From the NCBI GenBank assembly GCA_036336835.1, contig JAYZFK010000046.1:64001-128000 (forward strand): a DNA stretch of 64,000 nucleotides. The letters run 5' to 3'. The first letter of the stretch is position 1. The number at the start of each line of letters is the position of its first letter. This DNA comes from Myxococcota bacterium (GTDB taxonomy: Bacteria; Myxococcota_A; UBA9160; UBA4427). The notes under the pieces are model-generated. The model ran no database searches. It was not told the origin of the DNA and worked only from the letters and a program-made list of their open reading frames with translations. This document shows positions 10,449 to 20,116 of this stretch, piece by piece. Both the position numbers and the translations under genes were made by a program.

Positions 10449-11612
10449 GTGAACTTCGATCTCAGCGAAGAGCAGCAGATGGTCGTCGATACGGTGGCCA
10501 AGTGGGTCGAGGTGCAGTCGCCCGTAAAGCGCTTCCGCAAGCTGCGCGAGGCCGACCAAGGCTGGGAACCGGACATCTGGCGCGCAATGGGCGAATACGG
10601 CTGGCTGGGCGTGTGCTACCCGGAGGAGCGGGGCGGCTTCGGTGGCAACTTCGTCGATGCAGCGCTGATTCTCGAGCAGCTCGGCCGCGGGCTGGTTCCC
10701 GAGCCCTTCATTCCATCCGTAGCCCTTGCGGGCGGTCTGCTGGAACGACTCGGCACCGGCGAGCAGCACGAACGCTTCCTGACACCGATGCTCGATGGAA
10801 TGACCTCGCTCGCACTCGCCTATGCGGAGCGCCAGAGCCGCTATCAGCTGAACGACTGCCTGACCACCGCGCACCCGAAGGGCGGCGACTACATGCTCGT
10901 CGGCGAGAAGACGTGGGTGCTCAACGGCCATGCTGCCGACCAGATCGTGGTGGTCGCCCGCACCGGCGGCGATCAGCTCGACGAGAACGGTCTCTCGCTC
11001 TTCATCGTCGACGCCGACACTCCCAACCTGAGGCGGGTCGAGGCCAAGGGGATGGATGGCCAAACTACGGCGCTGCTTCGCTTCGAGGGCGTCGAGGTCC
11101 CGCGCGAACGTCTGCTTGGCGAGCTCGACGCGGCTCTGCCGGACCTCGAGTGGGCCATCGACCGCGGGGCCGCAGCCGCGTGCGCGGAAGGTCAGGGCTG
11201 CGTGCAGGAGCTGTTCGATCGCACGGTCTCCTATCTGAAGACTCGCAAGCAGTTCGACGTCCCGATCGGCAGGTTCCAGGCGCTGCAGCACCGCGCGGCG
11301 GACATGTTTACCGAGACCGAACTCTGCCGGTCGACGGCGCTGCTGGCCGCGATCCAGGTCGACAGCGACGACATAGAGACCCGCAAGGCCGAGGTCTCGG
11401 CGGCCAAGCTCCAGCTCACACGCGGCGGCTGGTACGTCCAGGAGAACGCGATCCAGCTCTTCGGCGGCATCGCGATCACGGACGAGCAAGATGAAGGCCT
11501 GTTCTTCAAGCGGCTCCGGGTCCTGCAGGGGCTTTTCGGCGATGCCGACCATCACATCGCGCGCTTCCAGCAGCTCGAACGTTTCGACGCGCCCATCCGT
11601 TCCGAGGTTTGA
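10449..11612 (+). CDS. Acyl-CoA dehydrogenase (partner subunit)
   Basis: RKQFDVPIGRFQALQH, IQLFGGI, C-terminal LFGDADHH. Confidence 0.9.
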   Translation: MNFDLSEEQQMVVDTVAKWVEVQSPVKRFRKLREADQGWEPDIWRAMGEYGWLGVCYPEERGGFGGNFVDAALILEQLGRGLVPEPFIPSVALAGGLLERLGTGEQHERFLTPMLDGMTSLALAYAERQSRYQLNDCLTTAHPKGGDYMLVGEKTWVLNGHAADQIVVVARTGGDQLDENGLSLFIVDADTPNLRRVEAKGMDGQTTALLRFEGVEVPRERLLGELDAALPDLEWAIDRGAAAACAEGQGCVQELFDRTVSYLKTRKQFDVPIGRFQALQHRAADMFTETELCRSTALLAAIQVDSDDIETRKAEVSAAKLQLTRGGWYVQENAIQLFGGIAITDEQDEGLFFKRLRVLQGLFGDADHHIARFQQLERFDAPIRSEV

Positions 11613-11652
11613 GGCTCGAAGCCCAGGCCCATCACCGGAGGCTGTCCACGCC

Positions 11653-12132
11653 ATGCCCAGCAACGCCGAAAAAGCCCTCGCCGTATTCCAGAAAGGGATC
11701 GGAAACGAAGAAGGGCCGACCGACTGGCACGAGATCACCCAGGAGCAGGTGAACGGCTTCGCCGATGCCACGCTCGATCACCAGTTCATTCACGTAGATC
11801 CCGAGCGCGCCGCCCAGACGCCCTTCGGCGGACCGATCGCACACGGCTTCCTGACCCTGTCGCTGACGGCCGGCCTGTCGATGCGCATGAAGCCCAACCC
11901 CGAGGCGATCCAGGGCATGGCCATGGCCATCAACTACGGCCTCGACAAGGTGCGCTTCATCAACCCGGTCCCTGTCGGCAAGCGCGTGCGCCTGACTCGC
12001 AAGCTGGTAGGTGCCGATCTGGTGGCCGGCGGCGCGGCCGTTCAGCTCAAGCACGAAACCACCGTCCACATCGAGAACGAGAGCAAGCCCGCCTGCGTCG
12101 CCGAGACGCTCACGCGCTTCGTCTACACCTGA
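11653..12132 (+). CDS. MaoC family dehydratase
   Basis: FADATLDHQFIHVD, IAHGFLTLS, NYGLDKVRF. Confidence 0.92.
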   Translation: MPSNAEKALAVFQKGIGNEEGPTDWHEITQEQVNGFADATLDHQFIHVDPERAAQTPFGGPIAHGFLTLSLTAGLSMRMKPNPEAIQGMAMAINYGLDKVRFINPVPVGKRVRLTRKLVGADLVAGGAAVQLKHETTVHIENESKPACVAETLTRFVYT

Positions 12133-12134
12133 GC

Positions 12135-12812
12135 ATGACCCGCATCCACTACGAAGCCCGCGACAATGTCGCGCAGCTGCGCTGGGACGACGGCAAGGCG
12201 AACGCGATGTCAATGGATACACTCGCCGAGCTGAACGACGCGATCGACCGCGCCGAGAAGGAAGCGGCCCAGGCGCTACTGCTGAGCGGACGGCCCGGAG
12301 TCTTCTGCGCGGGCTTCGACCTCAAGGCGCTCGGGGTCGGTGGCGACGAGACCCGCGCGCTCGTACGCGGCGGTGCCGAGCTGCTCGTTCGCCTCTACGG
12401 CCTGTCTATCCCTGTGGCAGTCGCGTGCACGGGCCACTCGCTGGGACTGGGCGCGCTACTGCTGCTGGCAGCCGACCTTCGCTTCGGAGCACCCGGTCCA
12501 CACAGGATCGGGCTCAACGAGGTCGCGATCTCCCTCCCACTCCCGACGTTCGGCGTCGAACTCGCCGCGGCTCGGCTGTCGCGCCGCCACTTGACGCGCT
12601 CGACACAGCTGGCCGAGATCTACGATCCCGAGGGTGCGGTCGACGCGGGCTTCCTCGACCGGGTCTGCGCCGAAGGCACGCTGCACGATCAGATCGCTGC
12701 CGAGGCAACGCGCCTGGCAGGGCAGGGCGGCAAGGCCTTCGCGATCACCAAGCAGCGACTGCGTGAGGCCACGATCGAACGCATCCGAGCTTCGTTGGAA
12801 GGCGAGTTCTGA
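12135..12812 (+). CDS. Enoyl-CoA hydratase/isomerase (crotonase)
   Basis: FCAGFDL, GLNEVAI. Confidence 0.9.
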   Translation: MTRIHYEARDNVAQLRWDDGKANAMSMDTLAELNDAIDRAEKEAAQALLLSGRPGVFCAGFDLKALGVGGDETRALVRGGAELLVRLYGLSIPVAVACTGHSLGLGALLLLAADLRFGAPGPHRIGLNEVAISLPLPTFGVELAAARLSRRHLTRSTQLAEIYDPEGAVDAGFLDRVCAEGTLHDQIAAEATRLAGQGGKAFAITKQRLREATIERIRASLEGEF

Positions 12813-12840
12813 CGACTCGGCGCTGGGAGCGCGCAGGCAC

Positions 12841-13605
12841 ATGGGAACCGCAGTGGTTACGGGCGCCGCATCGGGGATCGGGCGCAGCGTACGCGAGCAG
12901 CTCGAGGCTCGGGGTGACCGGGTAATCGGCGTCGATCTGAGCGGGGTCGAGATCAACGTCGACTTGTCCAAGCCGGCGGGGCGCCGCAAGGCCGTCGACC
13001 AGGCGCTCTCGCAGTCGGACGGCACCATCGACCGTCTGGTCGTGGCAGCGGGCGTGGGCGGCCACGTGCGCGACGGCGCACTCGTGGCGGCGGTCAACTA
13101 CTTCGGTGCAGTCGACGTCCTCGACGGACTCCGGCCGGCGCTCGAGGGCCGCGACCAGGCCGCGGCAGTGGCGGTGTGCTCGAACTCGGCGCAGCTTGGC
13201 GATCCCGAGCACCACCCGATCGTGGCGAAGCTGCTCGAGCACGACGAGGCCGCTGCGCTCGAGGAGATCGGCAGCACACCCGGCTCCATGGTGTACGGGC
13301 TATCGAAGCACGCGCTGTCCCGCGCGGTCCGCAGGCGCGCGGCCGAGTGGGGTGCCGCCGGCGTGCGCCTCAACGGCATCGCGCCGGGACAGACGCAGAC
13401 ACCACTGTTCGAGGGCTCCGCGAAGCACCCCGTCCTCGGCAAGTTCGTCGACGACATGCCGATCCCGCTCGGTCGCAGGGCCACTCCGGAAGAGATGGCC
13501 GGCATCATCGTGTTCCTGCTGAGTGAGGCCGCCTCGTATTTCCACGGAAGCATCGTGTGGGCGGACGGAGGCACCGACGCGGTGCTTCGACCAGACGGCT
13601 TCTGA
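12841..13605 (+). CDS. SDR family oxidoreductase (3-alpha-hydroxysteroid dehydrogenase-like)
   Basis: TGAASGIG, VNYFG, YGLSK, DGGTDA. Confidence 0.88.
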   Translation: MGTAVVTGAASGIGRSVREQLEARGDRVIGVDLSGVEINVDLSKPAGRRKAVDQALSQSDGTIDRLVVAAGVGGHVRDGALVAAVNYFGAVDVLDGLRPALEGRDQAAAVAVCSNSAQLGDPEHHPIVAKLLEHDEAAALEEIGSTPGSMVYGLSKHALSRAVRRRAAEWGAAGVRLNGIAPGQTQTPLFEGSAKHPVLGKFVDDMPIPLGRRATPEEMAGIIVFLLSEAASYFHGSIVWADGGTDAVLRPDGF

Positions 13606-13611
13606 GCCGCC

Positions 13612-14394
13612 CTACTCCGCTCGCGCGATTCGCCCGAACTGGCGCTTGTACTCCAGGTGAGTCCAGAACTGGAAGTACTCCGAGACGTCGACCGGATCGA
13701 GCCTCGCGTAGTCTCCCTCGGGGCCGCTGGCGCCGAGGGCCGTGCCGCCAGCCATCAGCGCGAAGCCGGTTCGCAGAACGAGGTCGTTGGGTGTGAAGTA
13801 GAGCGTGGTGCGCGATCGCGCGAGTGACCCGAGCCGCGCGGCGACGGTGTCCTCGAGACACGCCGGAGCACACAGATGGACACTGTCCGGCCGCTGCGAG
13901 GCCGGGAGCGCACTGATCGCCTCGATCGCGTGGCGGCAGCCGAGCGAATGCGCCACCACCCGCACGCCGCCGTGCTGTGCGCGCAGCTCCGCGAGCACGC
14001 CGGCGAACGTCTCGGCGCGCTCGTCCGCGGCTCGCTCTGCGGCCCGGTACTCACTCGCAAAGCGCAGCGCGAGCCGAGCGATCTCCTCTCCCGCCGTCAG
14101 TGCGAGGGTGGCGGGGACGTTTACGCGCCGCGCGCGCGATATCAGACCGTAGACGTCCCACGCGATCTTGACCGCAGAGGCGAACGGAATCGGCGGGCGG
14201 CCGACATTACCGGACGGCCAGCAGTAGCCGACCGCGTGCGAACTCCAGCCGTGGCGCTGGGCCGCGGCGCGGTGGCTGTCGAGCCAGGCGTCGAAGTGAT
14301 CCGGCTCCTCGCCGCGACCCAGGAAGCCCTTGACGTAGACGGTGACTTCGTCCGACTCCCCGGCTTCCGGGGTCAGACGGACGAGCCGAGCCAT
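13612..14394 (-). CDS. Alpha/beta hydrolase (DUF726/DUF900-like)
   Basis: VAHSLG nucleophile elbow, downstream ND.VL and C-terminal His; start uncertain. Confidence 0.7.
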   Translation of the reverse strand: MARLVRLTPEAGESDEVTVYVKGFLGRGEEPDHFDAWLDSHRAAAQRHGWSSHAVGYCWPSGNVGRPPIPFASAVKIAWDVYGLISRARRVNVPATLALTAGEEIARLALRFASEYRAAERAADERAETFAGVLAELRAQHGGVRVVAHSLGCRHAIEAISALPASQRPDSVHLCAPACLEDTVAARLGSLARSRTTLYFTPNDLVLRTGFALMAGGTALGASGPEGDYARLDPVDVSEYFQFWTHLEYKRQFGRIARAE

Positions 14395-14522
14395 CCGGTC
14401 GCGTTGCTCGGCCGAGGCGATCTCCTCTCGACGATGATTCGTGCCGGCGCACACCCCGGCAAGCCTATCCCAGACGTAGTCTCCGGCGGTAGGATGTGAC
14501 AGCGAGGTCGAAGGGAGATGGT

Positions 14523-15566
14523 GTGAAGCTCGGAACGCAGATTCAGTGGGATACGAAAAGGCTCGAGATACCGGTCGAGCGCGTCCAGTTCATCGAGCGC
14601 CTCGGGTACGACTCGGTGTGGTCGGCGGAGGCCTACGGGTCGGATGCGATCACACCGCTTGCGTTTCTCGCGGCCCACACGACGAAGCTGCGACTCGGCA
14701 CCGCCGTGATCCAGGTCGATGCGCGGACTCCCGCATCGACCGCGATGTCGATGGCGACACTCGACGCGATCTCGGGTGGCCGAGCGATCTGCGGGCTCGG
14801 GCTTTCCGGCCCCCAGATCGTCGAGGGCTGGTACGGGCGACCGTGGGGCAGTCCGTATTACAAGCTGCGCGACACCGTCGAGATCATTCGCAAGGTCTTC
14901 GAGCGCAAAGGACCGGTGAGCCACGAGGGCCGTCAGATCCAGCTTCCGTATCGCGGCCCGGACGGCTCGGCGATGGGCAAGCCGCTCAAGTCGATCCTGC
15001 ACATCCGATCCGACATCCCGATCTGGCTCGGCACGGGCGGCGACGCCAACGTGCGACTGACCGCCGAGCTCGCCGACGGCTGGCTGCCCTTCGGCTTCCG
15101 TCCCGGTGCGCTCGAGCGCTACCTGCCCTTGCTCGAGGAGGGCTTCCGGCGCGCGGGCGGCGGCAAGTCGCTGGAGAACTTCGAGATCCAGTCCGGGTGC
15201 ACCGTCTGTATCACCAACGATGTGAAGACCGCGCTCGACGCGCAAAAGCCGTTCATCGCGCTGTACGTCGGCGGCATGGGCCACGAGAAGATGAACTTCC
15301 ACAAGGATCGTATGGAGCGCGAGGGCTATCCCGAGGCGGCCGAGCGAATCCAACGGCTGTTCCTGGCGGGCAAGCGCGAGGAGGCCATCTCCGCCGTCCC
15401 GGACGAGTACGTCGACGAGGGCGGGCTGATCGGTACGCGCGAGCGAATCCGCGATCTCTACCGCTCGCGCTGGGAGAGCTGCGGCGCCACGGGACTCAAC
15501 ATCCGCGCGCAGACCGAGGAAGAGCTCGAACTGATGGCAGAGCTCGCCGGGACGCGCGACACCTGA
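14523..15566 (+). CDS. LLM class, probably F420-dependent oxidoreductase
   Basis: SAEAYGSDA, GLGLSGPQIVEGWYG, ALYVGGMG. Confidence 0.88.
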   Translation: MKLGTQIQWDTKRLEIPVERVQFIERLGYDSVWSAEAYGSDAITPLAFLAAHTTKLRLGTAVIQVDARTPASTAMSMATLDAISGGRAICGLGLSGPQIVEGWYGRPWGSPYYKLRDTVEIIRKVFERKGPVSHEGRQIQLPYRGPDGSAMGKPLKSILHIRSDIPIWLGTGGDANVRLTAELADGWLPFGFRPGALERYLPLLEEGFRRAGGGKSLENFEIQSGCTVCITNDVKTALDAQKPFIALYVGGMGHEKMNFHKDRMEREGYPEAAERIQRLFLAGKREEAISAVPDEYVDEGGLIGTRERIRDLYRSRWESCGATGLNIRAQTEEELELMAELAGTRDT

Positions 15567-15584
15567 GACCGCCTCGAGCCGGGC

Positions 15585-16484
15585 TCAGGGGGCGATGTCG
15601 CCGAGCCGTCTGCCGACATCGTCGCTCAGTCCGACCGGCGCGCGCAGATCGCCGTCGAGCAGCGTCAGCGTGACATAGCCGGCGTCGAACAACGTCGTGT
15701 CGGCCCCCTCGACCGTCTCCTGGACTTCGCTGCTTCCGAACGCGAGCCGGACCGTGTCCGAGTCCGAGCGTTCGAACCCGACCTCGAACGAAGCGCTGCG
15801 CCCGATGTTGGCCCACACCACGCCGGTCACCGCGTCGGCCCGGCGCGCCGGATAGTTGATGTTGAGCACGCTGTGGTCGGGCAGCAGGGCACCCGAAGCT
15901 CCACTCGCGTCCTGCAGCATGGCGATCGTTCGGGCAACGAACGCTGCAGCATCACCGAACGCCGACAGCGTACTCGCGAAGCGCGGCTCGGCACCCAGCT
16001 CAGACGGATCGATTCCAACGCTGATCGCGATCGCGGGATAGCCGAGCTGCATCGCCGTCAGTGCAGCACCCACCGTGCCCGAGAGCAGCGTCGCCGGTCC
16101 GATGTTCTGACCGAAGTTCGCCCCCGAGACGACGAGGTCGGGAGGCCTGTCTTCCAGCACGACGCCCAGCCCGACCCGCACGGCATCCGCCGGCGTGCCT
16201 CCAACCGACCACGTCCGCGGGCCCTGCTCTCGCAGCTCCAGAGTGCCGCCCGTGGTCGAACTCGAGCCGCTCCCGCTGCGATTGTCGAGCGGCGCGACGA
16301 GCGTCACGTCGTGACCGGCGCCTTCGAGCGCCGCCCGCACTTCGCGAATCCCCGGCGACCGATAGCCGTCGTCGTTGGTCAGCAGAATGCGCAGCTTGTT
16401 GGGGGCACTTTCCTCGCCCGGGCTCGCGCTGATGCAGCCCGTCGGCCCGATCAGGATCAGGCACAAGAGCGCCACGGTCCGCAT
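15585..16484 (-). CDS. surE: SurE 5'/3'-nucleotidase with N-terminal signal peptide
   Basis: ILLTNDDG, GTPAD, VVSGAN.G.N, SGTVGAA; leader MRTVALLCLILIGPTGC. Confidence 0.88.
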   Translation of the reverse strand: MRTVALLCLILIGPTGCISASPGEESAPNKLRILLTNDDGYRSPGIREVRAALEGAGHDVTLVAPLDNRSGSGSSSTTGGTLELREQGPRTWSVGGTPADAVRVGLGVVLEDRPPDLVVSGANFGQNIGPATLLSGTVGAALTAMQLGYPAIAISVGIDPSELGAEPRFASTLSAFGDAAAFVARTIAMLQDASGASGALLPDHSVLNINYPARRADAVTGVVWANIGRSASFEVGFERSDSDTVRLAFGSSEVQETVEGADTTLFDAGYVTLTLLDGDLRAPVGLSDDVGRRLGDIAP

Positions 16485-16592
16485 CTCGGCTCCTCCTTCG
16501 AGATTCTCCCGGCGCACGGCCGCGAGCATCGAAGCGGCAGCCTATCATGCGGATCTGGCGCGTGGCTATGCTCTACGCCTCGGAGGATCGGC

Positions 16593-17768
16593 GTGGCAGG
16601 TGCACTCGAAGGAGTTCGGATCATCGACGCTACGGCGCTGTTCGCCGGCCCGCTGGCGACGATGATGCTGGGAGATCAGGGCGCAGACGTAATCAAGATC
16701 GAGCCACCGGGTGGGCAAGGCGATCTGCTGCGCACGATGGGAATCACGCGCGGCGGCGTCGCCTCGACGTTTCACGCTGTCAACCGCAACAAGCGGTCGA
16801 TCGTGCTGGATCTGCGCGACGAGCGTGGGCGAGAGATCCTCGAACGTCTGGTCGAGGGCGCCGACGTCTTCGTGCAGAACTATCGGCCCGGCGTCGCCGG
16901 GCGTCTTGGCGTCGACGAGCCCCGCCTGCGCGAGCGGCGCCCCGATCTCGTCTACGTTTCGTTGAGTGCGTGGGGCGAATCGGGGCCACAGGCGCAGCAC
17001 CCCGCATTCGACAGCGTCATGCAGGCCGCCAGCGGGATCGCGGCAAGCCAGGCAGGAGCCGATGGGCAGCCGACGCTCGTGCGCAGCGCGATCGTCGACA
17101 AGATCACGGGACTCAACCTGGCACAGTGCATCACCGCGGCGCTGTTCGCGCGCGCACGCACCGGCGAGGGCCAGCACATCCACCTCAACATGCTCGACGC
17201 CGCCGTGGCGTTCCTGTGGCTCGACGGAATGCAGCACCGCACCTTCATCGGCGACGAATCCAAGCACAAGAACCCCTGGCTGCGACTGCTACCCACGCGG
17301 GACGGCTGGCTCGTGCTGTCGCTCAGCACCGACCAGAATTTCCAAAACGCCTCTCGCGTGCTGGACGATGCAGAGCTGGCTGCTGACCCGCGTTTCCAGA
17401 CGGTCGAGTCACGGGGTACCCAGCTGGACCTGTTGTTCGACGAGCTCGAGAAGCGAACCGCGCAGTGGGACTCGCGCACGCTCTGCGAGCGACTCGCCGA
17501 GGCGGATGTCCCGCACGCCGCCGCCACACCGCTCGAAGACGTCGAAAGCCACCCGCAGGTGATCGCGAACGGCACGTTGCTCGAAGGCCTTCACCACGCC
17601 TCGGGACGCATTCGCCACGCCAAGCCGGTCGCCGACTTCGACGGCACCCCCTCCACCATCCGCAGACTCGCTCCGGGCCGGAGCGAACACAGCGACGAGA
17701 TCCTCGACGAGCTCGGCGTTTCTCCCGAAGAACACAACGCACTGCGAACCGATGGCGTCATCGAATGA
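16593..17768 (+). CDS. CaiB/BaiF family III CoA transferase
   Basis: GADVIKIEPP, NRNKRSI.LDL, ADVFVQNYRPG; GGAGG before GTG. Confidence 0.92.
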   Translation: MAGALEGVRIIDATALFAGPLATMMLGDQGADVIKIEPPGGQGDLLRTMGITRGGVASTFHAVNRNKRSIVLDLRDERGREILERLVEGADVFVQNYRPGVAGRLGVDEPRLRERRPDLVYVSLSAWGESGPQAQHPAFDSVMQAASGIAASQAGADGQPTLVRSAIVDKITGLNLAQCITAALFARARTGEGQHIHLNMLDAAVAFLWLDGMQHRTFIGDESKHKNPWLRLLPTRDGWLVLSLSTDQNFQNASRVLDDAELAADPRFQTVESRGTQLDLLFDELEKRTAQWDSRTLCERLAEADVPHAAATPLEDVESHPQVIANGTLLEGLHHASGRIRHAKPVADFDGTPSTIRRLAPGRSEHSDEILDELGVSPEEHNALRTDGVIE

Positions 17769-17813
17769 AGCAGTGAGGGGCCCGAGATCCTCCGACGCAA
17801 TGGGAGTACGCGC

Positions 17814-20069
17814 GTGATCCGGATCCTCGTGAGCTTCGCGATTATTGCGGCGCTGTGCGCTGGGGGGCTCTACACGATCGGGCTCGGAACCTTCGGAGAG
17901 ATCGTGCGTGCCGGATCGCCCGTCGCTCGAGCCCGCCCCGCCGATGTTCAAACTGAACGAGGCGAGACGCAGACACGCGCCGCGGCGTCGCTCGGCGCCG
18001 GGCGCGACAAGCAGATCGTGTTTGGCGACCTGCATGTACACACGGGCTTCTCACCCGACGCCTTCTCGACGAGCCTCCCCGTCATGATGGGCGAGGGTGC
18101 CAGCACGGTTGCCGATGCCTGTGACTTCGCGCGCTTCTGCTCCGCGCTCGACTTCTTCTCGATCAACGATCACGCCGAGGGCGCGACGGCTCGCACCTGG
18201 CAGGAGACGATCGACTCGCTACGTCAGTGCAACGCCGTAGCAAGCGAGCTTCCCGACCCTGACCTGGTCGCGTTTCTCGGCTGGGAGTGGACTCAAATGG
18301 GGACGACGGCAGGCAATCACTGGGGCCACCGCAACATCGTGCTGCGCGATCTCTCTGACGACGCAATCCCAGCGCGCCCGATTGCGTCCGCCTCGCCCGC
18401 AAAATATTTCTCGAGCCTGCCGAGTGCGATGGCGCTCGGTCTGCTCCCGCTGCTGCGTGGCTGGGAATACAACGACCTGGTCGCCTTTCAGCGCGAACGC
18501 GACGGCTACCCCACCTGTCCGGCCGACGTCCCGGTGCGCGAGCTCCCCAGCGACTGCCGCGAGTATGCGGCCGAGCCGCGCGAGCTGCTGGCAAAGCTCG
18601 CCGACTGGGGATATGACTCGCTGGTCATCCCGCACGGCACCACCTGGGGCATGTACACACCGCCGGGGGCGAGCTGGGACAAACAGATCGAGGCGGCACA
18701 GCGCGACCCCACGCGACAGCGCCTCGTCGAGGTCTACTCTGGCCACGGCAACTCCGAAGAATTTCGCAGCTTCCGCGAGATCGAATTCGACGCGAACGGC
18801 ACAGCTCGCTGCCCGGAGGCCACCGCCAGCCACCTGCCGGGCTGCCAGCGCGCGGCCAGGCTGATCTTCGAGCGCTGCACGCGCGCCGGCGAGCCCGAAG
18901 CCGAATGCAACCGCCGTGCGGCCGAGGCCCAGAGCTTCTACCTCGAGGCGGGGACGGCCGCGGGTCACCTCGCCGTGCCGGGCGCACGCCCGGAAGAGTG
19001 GCTCGATGCCGGGCAGTGCCGGGATTGCTTTCAGCCTTCGTTCAACTATCGACCGCAGAGCTCGGTCCAGTACATGCTGGCGCTGCGCGACCTCGAGAGC
19101 GGCGCCCAACATGCACTCGACCGCTTTCACTTCGGATTCATCGGCTCGAGCGATACCCACACCGCGCGCGCCGGCTCCGGCTACAAGGAGTTCGATCGCA
19201 TCCGACAGACCGACTCGACGATGCAGTACGCCGGGAGATTGTTCGGTGAGCGTCCCAAGGACACCCCTGCGGAGGCGAAGCCGGTGGATCTCACGCGCAC
19301 CAATCCGGCCCTGTGGCTCGAGAGCGAGCGCTCCGGCTCGTTCTTCGTCACGGGGGGCCTCGCTGCCGCCCACACCACGAGCCGGGCGCGCGATGACATC
19401 TACGCGGCGCTCGCGCGCAGGGAAACGTACGCCACGAGCGGTCCGCGGATCCTGCTGTGGCTCGATCTCGTCAACCCGCCCGACGATATTCCGGTACCAA
19501 TGGGCGGGCGCGTAACGCTAGCCGAGCCGCCCGTCTTCCAGGTGACCGCGATCGGCTCGCTCGAACAATTGCCGGGCTGCCCTGATCAGGTATCCCGACA
19601 GCTGACGGCCGATCGGCTGCAGAGGCTCTGCGCCAACGAGTGCTACCACCCCTCGGACGTAAGACGCCCGATCAGCCGCATCGAGGTGGTACGCATCCGC
19701 CCCCGGCAGACTGCCGACGAGGCGATCGAAGCACTGATCGAAGATCCCTGGCGCGTCCTGCCGTGCGACGGCAATCCCGCGGGCTGCAGTGCCCGCTTCA
19801 GCGATCCATCGTTCGCGAGCACCGGCCGCGACTCGCTCTACTACGTCCGCGCGATCGAGGCCCCGATTCCTACGGTGAACGGCGATCCACTGCGTTGCAC
19901 GCGCGACCCGGACGGTGCATGCCGCAGCGTCGATCTGTGCCGCGACGACCGCCGCGACGACTGCTTGGCACCCAACGAGCCACGGGCCTGGTCGTCGCCG
20001 ATCTACATCGACTACGACCCGCCGAAGGAATGGCCGGTCAGCCGACCCGCTCCCGCCGAAGTGAGCTGA
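17814..20069 (+). CDS. DUF3604 family protein, N-terminally anchored
   Basis: FGDLHVHT, DHAE, SSDTH, YATSGPRI, RAWSSPI; Cys-rich. Confidence 0.85.
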   Translation: MIRILVSFAIIAALCAGGLYTIGLGTFGEIVRAGSPVARARPADVQTERGETQTRAAASLGAGRDKQIVFGDLHVHTGFSPDAFSTSLPVMMGEGASTVADACDFARFCSALDFFSINDHAEGATARTWQETIDSLRQCNAVASELPDPDLVAFLGWEWTQMGTTAGNHWGHRNIVLRDLSDDAIPARPIASASPAKYFSSLPSAMALGLLPLLRGWEYNDLVAFQRERDGYPTCPADVPVRELPSDCREYAAEPRELLAKLADWGYDSLVIPHGTTWGMYTPPGASWDKQIEAAQRDPTRQRLVEVYSGHGNSEEFRSFREIEFDANGTARCPEATASHLPGCQRAARLIFERCTRAGEPEAECNRRAAEAQSFYLEAGTAAGHLAVPGARPEEWLDAGQCRDCFQPSFNYRPQSSVQYMLALRDLESGAQHALDRFHFGFIGSSDTHTARAGSGYKEFDRIRQTDSTMQYAGRLFGERPKDTPAEAKPVDLTRTNPALWLESERSGSFFVTGGLAAAHTTSRARDDIYAALARRETYATSGPRILLWLDLVNPPDDIPVPMGGRVTLAEPPVFQVTAIGSLEQLPGCPDQVSRQLTADRLQRLCANECYHPSDVRRPISRIEVVRIRPRQTADEAIEALIEDPWRVLPCDGNPAGCSARFSDPSFASTGRDSLYYVRAIEAPIPTVNGDPLRCTRDPDGACRSVDLCRDDRRDDCLAPNEPRAWSSPIYIDYDPPKEWPVSRPAPAEVS

Positions 20070-20116
20070 ACCGCTATGCTCGCGCGCCGCGACCGCCCGA
20101 ACGCTGGAAAGGACCG

